Below, piece by piece: positions 7,741 through 16,059 of a stretch of 64,000 bases of DNA. Made by a program: the position numbers and the translations under genes. A model generated the notes under the pieces. It was not told where the DNA came from. It made no database searches and saw only the letters and a list, made by a program, of their open reading frames with translations. Origin of the DNA: a virus; the IMG/VR virus record IMGVR_UViG_3300018080_000116, positions 74,193-138,192 of that record. One strand, 5' to 3'. Each line of letters opens with the position of its first letter. The first letter of the stretch is position 1.

Positions 7741-8166
7741 ATGAGCCAGCCGACTTATCGAAGGCTGCCTGACGGCAGCGTGACCGTGGATGCACCCGGC
7801 ACCTGCGGCAAGCCGTTCGCCAACGTCCTGCGGATCGTCGAAGACGACAACGCCAACCCCGGCATCAAGATCACCACGTCCAGCGGCATCGTGGGTAGCA
7901 ACCTGCTGCGGCAGGTGCTCGCCGACCTGGAGTCTGGCGATTACCTGCTCAAGATGACCGAGGGCGGACCCGAGCCCCCTCGCCCCTCGATCACCGTCCG
8001 GTGGGGCAGCGAGAGCACCCGCAAAGACAACCCCGACCTGGAAGACGGCGACAAGTTCGAGTTCGACACCGAGGCCGAGGTCAACGCCTTCACCGAAGCA
8101 CTCGCCGCCGCCGATGGATGGGCCGAGTGGGAGATCATCGAACCGGAGGACGAGACCACCAACTGA
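7741..8166 (+). CDS. hypothetical acidic protein
   Basis: AAGGA RBS, high-GC coding bias. Confidence 0.65.
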   Translation: MSQPTYRRLPDGSVTVDAPGTCGKPFANVLRIVEDDNANPGIKITTSSGIVGSNLLRQVLADLESGDYLLKMTEGGPEPPRPSITVRWGSESTRKDNPDLEDGDKFEFDTEAEVNAFTEALAAADGWAEWEIIEPEDETTN

Positions 8167-8293
8167 ACACCACCACCGCAGCCCGGTGGCACCTAACCAA
8201 AGCCCGCACCCAAGGGTGTGCGTGAGCAGGGGGTGAGGCCGAACACATAAAGCCTCATGGGCCTGCAACCAGTACAACCTCTTTTCTCCTGAG

Positions 8294-8330
8294 CGCCCAC
8301 CGGCCCGAGGCCGGTGGGCGTTTTTATTTT
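8294..8330 (+). terminator. intrinsic terminator
   Basis: CGCCCACCGGCC-cga-GGCCGGTGGGCG-TTTTTATTTT. Confidence 0.8.
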
Positions 8331-8339
8331 CAAATTACA

Positions 8340-8377
8340 CCGAACCCCAGGCAGGCGAGCCGTGTATAAGGGGGCGA
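8340..8377 (+). promoter_or_regulatory. conserved early promoter, copy 9
   Basis: CCGAAC-N17-TGTATAAG-GGGGCGA. Confidence 0.8.
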
Positions 8378-8390
8378 AAGGAACAATGCC

Positions 8391-8864
8391 ATGACCAAGC
8401 AACTGACCCTCATCGACAACGACTTCACCATCGACAAGCGGTTCGTGCTTGGTGGCAAGGCCGTCTTCACGGTCTCGAACAACAAGGGTCAGCACTACAC
8501 CTACTTGGTGCAGCACAAGCCCGCCGACGACAAGTACCCCGAGGCGTACTTCGTCCGGTTGCTGACCGGCCCGGACAACATGGGCGATTACACGTACCTG
8601 GGCAAGCTCGACCAGCGTACCGGTTTCATGCAGTTGTCCCCCAAGAGCAAGATGAACGCCGACTCCCTGCCGGTCAAGGTCGTCCGCTGGGCATTGGCAA
8701 GGGTTATCTGGCCCGAGGCCCAGGTGCCCGAGGGCTACGGCATCCACGGCGAGGGTCGCTGCGGTCGCTGTGGTCACCCTCTCACTCACCCCGATGGGGT
8801 CAGCCCCGAGGGTCACCGGTTCGGATTCGGCCCGACCTGCTGGGCCAAACTCGTTGGAGGCTAA
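8391..8864 (+). CDS. DUF6011-like Zn-binding protein
   Basis: C-terminal CGRCGHPLT...GFGPTC motif. Confidence 0.6.
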   Translation: MTKQLTLIDNDFTIDKRFVLGGKAVFTVSNNKGQHYTYLVQHKPADDKYPEAYFVRLLTGPDNMGDYTYLGKLDQRTGFMQLSPKSKMNADSLPVKVVRWALARVIWPEAQVPEGYGIHGEGRCGRCGHPLTHPDGVSPEGHRFGFGPTCWAKLVGG

Positions 8865-8878
8865 GAGATCAATCCCAG

Positions 8879-8906
8879 CGATATATCCCACCGATGTATC
8901 CTGGGG
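8879..8906. promoter_or_regulatory. tandem palindromic operator-like site B (inverted copy of site A)
   Basis: reverse complement CCCCAGGATACATCGGTGGGATATATCG vs CCCCAGGATACATCCGTAGGATATATCC at 316. Confidence 0.5.
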
Positions 8907-8947
8907 AAGTATCCTGCGTTCTGTCCCTTAAACCTACGGAGATCATC

Positions 8948-9289
8948 ATGCAGTTTGTCGCCCACCCGCCCCGTCGCCTGCGTTCCCACCTGCGGCGTCT
9001 CGCCCAGGCCCAGGCCCTCCCGCTGCTGCTGGTTGGCCCGAAGCACACCGGCATCCGCCACGGCTACTGGTACGCCACGATCTACAACGGCCTGCTCGTG
9101 GCCATCACCAAGAAGCCGGTCGCCACCAGGGACGAGGGGCGTGGCCCCGAGGCCCTGCACCGGTTCGGTCGCAAGGCCAGCGAGTACCGTGTGCGGAGCG
9201 GCAGCTACGTGCAGGCCCAGGTCATCGAGGGCGGCAAGAAGGTCGCCCCCAAGTGGGACGCCCGCACCGGTCGCCGGATCGCCGCCTAG
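8948..9289 (+). CDS. hypothetical very basic protein
   Basis: ACGGAGA RBS; ends RIAA. Confidence 0.6.
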   Translation: MQFVAHPPRRLRSHLRRLAQAQALPLLLVGPKHTGIRHGYWYATIYNGLLVAITKKPVATRDEGRGPEALHRFGRKASEYRVRSGSYVQAQVIEGGKKVAPKWDARTGRRIAA

Positions 9290-9338
9290 AATCGTCTGTG
9301 CGGCCCGCTGAGGTACTTTCACCCCCGGAGGCAACACC

Positions 9339-9539
9339 ATGCTCACCATCGACGAGAACGACGCCAGGAACGACGTGGAAGGCCAGGACGCCGAGATCAA
9401 CGACCCCTGCGGCATGTGCGGTGGCCAGCTTGAGCCCCTCGGCCAACTGGCCTGCCTGCTGCACCTACGTTGCCGCAACTGCGGCATGATGTTCAACCGG
9501 CCCGTGGCCGGATGCGGCGACGGTGGCCGCATGTTCTAG
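9339..9539 (+). CDS. small Zn-ribbon protein
   Basis: CGMCGG...CRNCG; GGAGG RBS. Confidence 0.65.
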   Translation: MLTIDENDARNDVEGQDAEINDPCGMCGGQLEPLGQLACLLHLRCRNCGMMFNRPVAGCGDGGRMF

Positions 9540-9547
9540 TGATCCCC

Positions 9548-9584
9548 AGACCCACCGGGCAGCCGCCCGGTGGGTCTCTCTTTT
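9548..9584 (+). terminator. intrinsic terminator
   Basis: AGACCCACCGGGC / GCCCGGTGGGTCT stem plus CTCTTTT. Confidence 0.7.
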
Positions 9585-9730
9585 GGAGCGTACCATGTTA
9601 GGTCTCAACGGCGAGGTCATCAGAGCCATGCAGCGACTCGGCATCGAGCCCCCGTCGCTACCGATGCGACCCTCGCCTCCCCTCGTCCCGGCTGATCGCC
9701 AGGACGACAGCACCACCAACGGAGAAAACG

Positions 9731-10543
9731 ATGAAGGCGTTAATTGAAGTCGATCTTGCCGGTTGCGAAGGCATCCACCGGCAGCAGGCGCTCGACGTGC
9801 TCGCCGCCGTAGTGGACGGCAGCACCATGAGCGAGGCCCTTAGCACCGGCCTGTTCAACAGCAGCCTGTTCGAGTTGAGCAGGTTGGCCAAGCCTCAGTA
9901 TGAGGGCGGCAACTGCCCGGACTGCGGCGAGCCGATCCCCGACGATGCGACGTTCGGCGACGGCTGCGAGAACTGCGAACACGTCTTCGTATGGGGGCAC
10001 GATGAAGGCGACGAGCCCGAGGCCCCCGGCGTCAACTCATTGCGAGTGGTCGGCCTGGATGAAGGCATGAGGGTCGCCGTCCCGCACCTGACGGTCTACG
10101 TCGATCCCGAGCGAGTCGGCACCCCGTTCATGGTGGACGAGGATGGCCCGGACGACGAGCACGGCAGGCGATGCCCTGGCAGCAGTGGCAACCGCTACGC
10201 CTCGGCAGAGGCAGCAGGCCAGTACGTGGCCCGCTGGTTGAGCGATCCCCATGACGACCGTGGGTTACACCCTCTCGGCACTCGGAGTGGCACCCACGTG
10301 TCGGTGGTGGATGGTGGCACCGAGGTACGCCCCTGCATCGTGGACGTGGACAACAACACCGTCACCTTCCTCGACCCCAGCGACACGCATGGGCTCAAGG
10401 CGGCAAGGCCCGACAGTGAGTACCTGCTGATCCACAACGACCCCTTCTACTCCAACTGCCACCAACACCCTGTTGCCCACGTCAGCAGGAAGCCCGAGGA
10501 CTGGCCCACTGCCGAGACCGAGGACACGTACTACTACGAGTAG
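9731..10543 (+). CDS. acidic multi-domain protein with Zn ribbon; last gene of the early block
   Basis: CPDC...CENC; GGAGA RBS. Confidence 0.7.
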   Translation: MKALIEVDLAGCEGIHRQQALDVLAAVVDGSTMSEALSTGLFNSSLFELSRLAKPQYEGGNCPDCGEPIPDDATFGDGCENCEHVFVWGHDEGDEPEAPGVNSLRVVGLDEGMRVAVPHLTVYVDPERVGTPFMVDEDGPDDEHGRRCPGSSGNRYASAEAAGQYVARWLSDPHDDRGLHPLGTRSGTHVSVVDGGTEVRPCIVDVDNNTVTFLDPSDTHGLKAARPDSEYLLIHNDPFYSNCHQHPVAHVSRKPEDWPTAETEDTYYYE

Positions 10544-10549
10544 ATCATA

Positions 10550-10826
10550 GCGAGCACCAGGGCATCACCCTGGTGCTCGCACTGCACCACACCACACGTG
10601 CCATGCACCACACCACACGTACCGTGTGGTGTGGTGCTCACTATCTTTTGTGCAACTCGTGAGGATTTGCCAATGAGGTAGCTAGGGATTTGTCATGTGT
10701 TGCTGTGGATTTATAGCAGCACACGATCACCGCATCACCACCACGCTGCTGCCCGCAGTGCTCGCACCATGAGTGCGGATGTATAAGCAGGACCATGCGC
10801 CCCTGGTGCTACGCACCAGGGGCGCA
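10550..10826. repeat. cluster of perfect inverted repeats and a 17-bp direct repeat
   Basis: 13-bp IR 10550-10580, 15-bp IR 10605-10637, 14-bp IR 10796-10826, TGCACCACACCACACGT at 10583 and 10604. Confidence 0.9.
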
Positions 10827-10942
10827 GCCTGGGCCAGCACCGCCTCTATACAACTGCCCTCGTTGCATAATTTCTAATGCAAAAATTATTTTCAATTTCC
10901 TTTGGCGCTGGTCCCATACCCCCACCCCCTTGACAGGCTTTT

Positions 10943-10992
10943 GGGACTCCTTTTCTTTTTTCAACGGGACTCCTAAAAAATCTGGGACTCCT
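10943..10992. repeat. three direct copies of GGGACTCCT
   Basis: at 10943, 10966 and 10984 in AT-rich spacers. Confidence 0.75.
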
Positions 10993-11002
10993 AAATATTT
11001 CC

Positions 11003-11548
11003 ATGGCCGTATATTTGCGAAATTGCGTTTTCATTCATGTTCCCAAGACTGGAGGAACATGGGCAGGACAAGTTCTGAAGGAGTTGGGATTGGTCATTCA
11101 CGGTCGTTGTGGCAATCATGATTCTCCTGTGCTTCACAAGCCGGGATTTGCTTTTGTTCGTCATCCTGAGGGTTGGGCATCATCTTGGTGGTGTCATCGT
11201 CGAAGGCACAATTGGGAATGGCGAGACAGGAGATTGGAAAACGCCTGCAAATCGAAAGACTTCAGGGGTTGGGTCAAGAACATCATTCAGCATCCTGGCA
11301 TTTTGAAATCTAGTCTGGAGGACTTCATTGGGTGCTACTCTGACGATCTCCAATTGGGCCGAACAGAAACGATAAGGAGAGATCTGATTGATTTCCTTTC
11401 GCAGTTCGGCGAGAAGTTTGATGCCGATTTCATTCGCAAAAAGCCGAGAGTCCATGTGAGCAAAGGTTGCCCCACGATTCCCGATGATTTACTGGAAGAC
11501 TTTCGTGCCAGTCAGTACGACTATTACGAGAAGTATGGTTACCTGTAA
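11003..11548 (+). CDS. sulfotransferase-family-like protein
   Basis: FIHVPKTGGT PAPS-binding-type motif, FVRHP...SWW. Confidence 0.65.
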   Translation: MAVYLRNCVFIHVPKTGGTWAGQVLKELGLVIHGRCGNHDSPVLHKPGFAFVRHPEGWASSWWCHRRRHNWEWRDRRLENACKSKDFRGWVKNIIQHPGILKSSLEDFIGCYSDDLQLGRTETIRRDLIDFLSQFGEKFDADFIRKKPRVHVSKGCPTIPDDLLEDFRASQYDYYEKYGYL

Positions 11549-11800
11549 AAATGGCCCGCTCGGGCGTGAGCCTGGGCGGGCCGGTGTCGAACGTCGAAGG
11601 TCTTGTCTGGCTGATCCTGTCCGACAACTATCTGGGTGACGAACTCGGGCGAGAATCCAGAATATTTCGGGTTGGGTTATTGGCGGGTAATTGGTGGGGA
11701 AATTGTGGGGGAATAGCGAATTTGCGCAGATCCGTCTCAGATCTGAGACAATTTATAAATCGACGAGAACTCTACGTGCGCCAAAAGGCGCTTGGGGGCC

Positions 11801-12428
11801 ACAAGTCCTTGGCAGTCCTAGAGTTATTACTTTTCGAACGTTCTGCAACGTTCCGGAACGTTGGGAACCCTGGGAACTCGATTTAGGTAAGTCGTTATCA
11901 GCGATGGACTTACGCTAACTCAAATTTGAGCTTCTATAGATTATCTAATCTTGTTGGCGATCAATTAGATTTTTCTCGACGCAAGTCCTTATCACGCAGC
12001 AACTTGAGAAAAAATTCAGAAAATTTAGCGAATCACATGAAAACCTTCCGGGTTTTCACCGTACTATCAGTACGGGCGACTTCTTGATTTAGATGGCCCT
12101 CGGCGTGTTCAAGGCGGGTGAAGCGGGCCCTTTTCAATTAGATAAGTCCTTTGCTGCCAATGGTTTCCGTATTAGATCTACGCAAATCGAAGGGTTCCCG
12201 AGGGCCTGATTTGTCGTAACTTAGGCAATCTGGATATGGCTAGGCAGGCGAAATCGCCGAAACTATTGCTCGTGCGAATGCACATGTGCATCATTTTCAC
12301 CAATTTGGAGTGTCAGCAAGACCTGCCGGTCGGAATCAGACCGGAACTGGTTCGGAACTGGTACGGAAAATGTGGCATGATTGCGAATTCGTTTAGTTTA
12401 TGATGGCCCTTTCGTACCAAGGACTTAC
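11801..12428. repeat. repeated imperfect 27-bp dyads (GTAAGTC-N13-GACTTAC type)
   Basis: 11801, 11887, 11981, 12142, weaker at 12402, within a ~900-bp non-coding stretch. Confidence 0.65.
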
Positions 12429-12795
12429 GACGGATTACTAATAAGTGTGTGCGTTACACGATTTGTAACGAGTGCTACCCAGAAGGTAGCAGAAATTTAG
12501 TTGGCCCTACACCGATAGGTGTATCCCCGAGGGTTGACATTTCTGGGAGAGATGTTCCAATTGGCGGAATACTGCCGTTGCCTCTACATGGAGGGTTGGC
12601 CATGACGTTCCTTACGAAGCCACCTCCCGCTCTCGATCCCTCGCTGGTCGAAGTCATCTATCAGGCGCATTCGGAGTAGGAAGTCAAAGACGCCACGCTG
12701 GACTTCCTCATCGCTCGCTACCCCATCCGGATTCCTTTGGGGGAAGCGAAGCGGATTCTTGTGGATGCGATCAGGATGTTCCGAGAGCGAGGGTT

Positions 12796-13377
12796 CTAGG
12801 AAAGAACTTTCCGGACGATAGCTTCAATGCTGTACTCGCCAAGCGAGTGTTCGTAGTCACCTGCGGACTTGAACCCCTCGTCCAAGATCCTTAGCTGGAT
12901 GACTCTGGCCCGTGGCAGTGCGCCAAGAATTTCGTCGAGCAACCCCTTTGTGGTAGGTGGCGCATCTTCTTCTGGCCTGTGGGGAACCCAGAAGGTTTTG
13001 TGATCGTGATTCCACCTACTTGGTGGTGCGAGTTTCTTTTCATAGAGATCACGATGAGGGACCAGAACTATTAGGTGGCCTCCCGGCTTCAAGATGCGAT
13101 ACCAATTGAACAGTGCCCTTTTTGGGTTCTTTACATGTTCGAGAATATGACTGGCGTGGACGACATCGTAGTGATTGTTTGGCACGCCTTTCATAAAGGT
13201 TGCATCTCCATCTCCTTTACACATGTCCCACACGGTCCAATTTTCATTATCGGGATGGAGTTGGGTTTGTGGTTTGCAGCCGCCGCCAATGTCGATGCCC
13301 TTTGCATTTGGTGGGGCGAACTTGTCATACCAACCTTCACGTTCTCTGCGATCTTTTGCTTTCAATATCTCTGTCAT
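12796..13377 (-). CDS. class I SAM-dependent methyltransferase
   Basis: GIDIGGG motif I, YDVVHASHILEHV, RILKPGG. Confidence 0.85.
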   Translation of the reverse strand: MTEILKAKDRREREGWYDKFAPPNAKGIDIGGGCKPQTQLHPDNENWTVWDMCKGDGDATFMKGVPNNHYDVVHASHILEHVKNPKRALFNWYRILKPGGHLIVLVPHRDLYEKKLAPPSRWNHDHKTFWVPHRPEEDAPPTTKGLLDEILGALPRARVIQLRILDEGFKSAGDYEHSLGEYSIEAIVRKVLS

Positions 13378-14082
13378 TTATGCAGCCCTATACCTCCAGA
13401 TGACCTTCGGCAACCTGAAGTCCTCTCTATATGTAAGAGAGTCTGCATCGGGATAAATATAAGCCATGACGATTCTGGAGCCGTCGTGCGGATCAAAAGC
13501 AGAGCGGATCTGTCCATCATCAAGACGCAGCATAGAAGGACGACTTGCATCGTTGTATTGTTCGAGCATCCGGCGAGCCGTCGCTTTCACTTGATTGGCG
13601 TCACGGACACGAATGGTCATGCCATCCTGGGAAAGTACAGCATAGAGTTCAGCATCACCCCTGAGATCTCTACCGGGTTTGCCACGCCATTCAACCTTTA
13701 CGGCGATGTCACTGCCACTATCTCGGAATTTGGCTTGGATGGCGGTCTTCTGCCCACCATCAACTCTCCAGCCGTCGATCTTGCGGTGCATGTCCTGTTG
13801 CATTGAAGATTGTTCAATTTCCCAACCAGAGACCTCAGCCAGAGCTTTAAGGATGAGAGATTCAATGCTTTTGCCAGCATCGACACGGGTCTGTACGTCC
13901 ATGCCTGAAATCTCACCACGACCAACCTCTTCTTCGCCACGCACTTTCAGCTTGCGAAGTCTGGCCCTGCTTGGGTCGTTACCAAACGCACCGGGCACAT
14001 GGCCTCTTCTAGGTCCACGCCCCTGTCCGAATCTGAAGCGATTAGCTTCGTCTATTCGTAACCACAATTCGTAAAAATCCAT
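13378..14082 (-). CDS. possible PD-(D/E)xK nuclease-like protein
   Basis: DMHRKIDGW...AIQAKFR; start reassigned to MDFYELWL. Confidence 0.45.
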   Translation of the reverse strand: MDFYELWLRIDEANRFRFGQGRGPRRGHVPGAFGNDPSRARLRKLKVRGEEEVGRGEISGMDVQTRVDAGKSIESLILKALAEVSGWEIEQSSMQQDMHRKIDGWRVDGGQKTAIQAKFRDSGSDIAVKVEWRGKPGRDLRGDAELYAVLSQDGMTIRVRDANQVKATARRMLEQYNDASRPSMLRLDDGQIRSAFDPHDGSRIVMAYIYPDADSLTYREDFRLPKVIWRYRAA

Positions 14083-14130
14083 GCAAGTATATAGCAACCA
14101 CTTTCATAAATAACGCAGGAGACAATCGTA

Positions 14131-14508
14131 ATGAATTTTCGGAAATGGCTAGAGGCATCAATGGACCCACCCAGTCTGGGCGATTTCATGAATTGGGCGA
14201 ACAAGAGGGAAGATCACATGTACTCCAAGGGCGTCAAGGATGCCCAGGACGACAACTATGATCCGCCCGGAATGGGAAGCCCATTGTCTTCTGATTGGCG
14301 TTTTTCTTACATGCTGGGATGGCGAGCCATGGGAAAAAGAATCCCACCAGGAAAGACTAGCCGCTCATCCTTGAGCGACCGAGAATGGTTTGCCATGAAA
14401 TTGCGGGAGAAAAGATATGCCGCAGCCAGCCCTGACAAATACATCGATGCCACTGCCGCTCAAGATCCCAAGTGGAATGACCCCGACTACAACCCAGAAG
14501 AAGGTTAG
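14131..14508 (+). CDS. hypothetical, possible internal virion protein
   Basis: MNFRKWLEA leader; TAAATA box and AGGAGA RBS upstream. Confidence 0.6.
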   Translation: MNFRKWLEASMDPPSLGDFMNWANKREDHMYSKGVKDAQDDNYDPPGMGSPLSSDWRFSYMLGWRAMGKRIPPGKTSRSSLSDREWFAMKLREKRYAAASPDKYIDATAAQDPKWNDPDYNPEEG

Positions 14509-14981
14509 CTTCTTCTGAAATAATAGCCGTTCGTACATTCATCGTACTTGGTCAAACCGAAGACGAAATCGGCCTCACTGAAATGAGCACCAATTTCCAT
14601 ATAGCGATCAGCCGCATCACGGTCGCCCGCAGCGCCCGTATTACGGTCGTAATACTTGTGGGCCATCTGAGCCAGATGGTAAGCGTGGTCACGAGCGGAG
14701 AAGTCTTCCGGCAACTGGATCTCCGTCCTCTTGACGATCTCGTGCCATTGATGGGGTTTATGCGCCTGAGCTTCGAGCCTGAGCAAATGAAGCATGGCAA
14801 GCCCCGCCGCCCGGAAGTATTCATCTCCCGTGTTGACACAATCGACGGCTACTTCGAGACTATTCCAGTATTTTCGCCGGGACTCTTCAGTCTCGATCCA
14901 TGTTTTGAGCGTGGCCAGTTCTTCGTCCGTGGCCTTGCGTAGATCGTCCTCACGCACTCTCCAGTTCACCAACCTTGCCAT
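14505..14981 (-). CDS. hypothetical protein
   Basis: GGAGA RBS before MARLVNW. Confidence 0.6.
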   Translation of the reverse strand: MARLVNWRVREDDLRKATDEELATLKTWIETEESRRKYWNSLEVAVDCVNTGDEYFRAAGLAMLHLLRLEAQAHKPHQWHEIVKRTEIQLPEDFSARDHAYHLAQMAHKYYDRNTGAAGDRDAADRYMEIGAHFSEADFVFGLTKYDECTNGYYFRRS

Positions 14982-15177
14982 CTCTTTCTCTCCTTGTTCT
15001 GTCTGCGAGATCCTGCCACCATTGTACCTGTTCGACAAGCTCAGATTTATCGACACCGAACTTGTCCATAAGGTTCATGACATCTATGTAGGCCAAGCCG
15101 CCGTAGAGGGGCATTTCTGCCCGCAACCAACCTCTTAGCATGCACTCGACGACTTCACGCTCCCTCTCCGTCAGCAT
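14950..15177 (-). CDS. hypothetical protein
   Basis: part of a contiguous - strand operon. Confidence 0.5.
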   Translation of the reverse strand: MLTEREREVVECMLRGWLRAEMPLYGGLAYIDVMNLMDKFGVDKSELVEQVQWWQDLADRTRRERDGKVGELESA

Positions 15178-15496
15178 CTCGTTGTCTCCTTGCCATTTGG
15201 GCCAGCAACTTGCCTATGATCGGAAGTTCTTCTTCCAGCTTATCGAGCTTCTTGTCATTCTCGGCCTGCCGTTCATCCATCTTCTCTTTCCATTGTTGGT
15301 CAATGAAGTGGGTGGCCTTGGCCAAGCAGGCTTGATATTCCTTCTGCGTGATGATCCCCTTGGACATCAAAGCAATGACAAGAGCATAGTGGTTGATTAG
15401 GTGGATCTGATTCGTGCCGATGAGCACTTCATTGTAATTCGGACCCTGGATCAGTTGACGAAGTGTGTCCTTCGTTTCGTCACTCATAGCTCCCAT
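15155..15496 (-). CDS. hypothetical coiled-coil protein
   Basis: contiguous - strand operon. Confidence 0.6.
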   Translation of the reverse strand: MGAMSDETKDTLRQLIQGPNYNEVLIGTNQIHLINHYALVIALMSKGIITQKEYQACLAKATHFIDQQWKEKMDERQAENDKKLDKLEEELPIIGKLLAQMARRQRDADGEGA

Positions 15497-15996
15497 GTGT
15501 CTAATACCTCATTATCTTTTTCAGCCGCTTTTTCAAAAAGCTTCTTCATCCGTTCTTTGGCCGGTTCCCAACCCTTGCGCTTATGGAATGTCTCAACTAA
15601 GGTGGAAAACACATGCATGTTGGGGTGAAAGCGACCTTCCCAAAAGCGAGAGGGGTTTTCTTCGTTCAAGCAGTTTTCGATAGCCGCTGCCGTCGCCGCC
15701 GATCTTGAGATCCCCGCTTGACAATGAACCATTATAGTGCCAATGTCATCTCTTTCCCAGAACGATTCTACGAAGTCCCAGATCTTGTGTGCATCATCTT
15801 CTGAAAAAAGACTGCCATGAGCAGGAGACATGGGAGCATCAATATCGCCAAAAGAGCACTGTAGCAGGCCAAGACGCTTAACGCCACTAATTTTTGGATG
15901 TTCATCGAAACTGTCTATGCTAATACAGACCCAGGGTTCGTCACACTCGAATTCCTTCGCTTTGCTCTTAGAGAGTACCACCAAGTTCTTTTTCAT
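15484..15996 (-). CDS. Cys-based protein tyrosine/dual-specificity phosphatase
   Basis: VHCQAGISRSAA (HCX5R). Confidence 0.9.
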   Translation of the reverse strand: MKKNLVVLSKSKAKEFECDEPWVCISIDSFDEHPKISGVKRLGLLQCSFGDIDAPMSPAHGSLFSEDDAHKIWDFVESFWERDDIGTIMVHCQAGISRSAATAAAIENCLNEENPSRFWEGRFHPNMHVFSTLVETFHKRKGWEPAKERMKKLFEKAAEKDNEVLDTWEL

Positions 15997-16059
15997 CCGT
16001 TTATCCTTTCTATGGGCGTCCGAGGCGAAGCCGAGGACGCATTCTGAATGAGTATGTAT

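Noticed and set aside
4555-8945. Recurrent (C/T)TACGGAGA upstream of genes as CsrA sites
   Set aside because: Position and spacing are fully explained by Shine-Dalgarno sequences.
95-10480. Long - strand ORFs in the early block (e.g. 713..1438, 4308..5363, 5119..6480)
   Set aside because: These are antisense shadows of high-GC + strand genes; promoters, RBSs and terminators all support the + strand.
10583-10637. Mini CRISPR array
   Set aside because: Only two 17-nt repeats 4 nt apart, with no spacers and no cas genes in the window.
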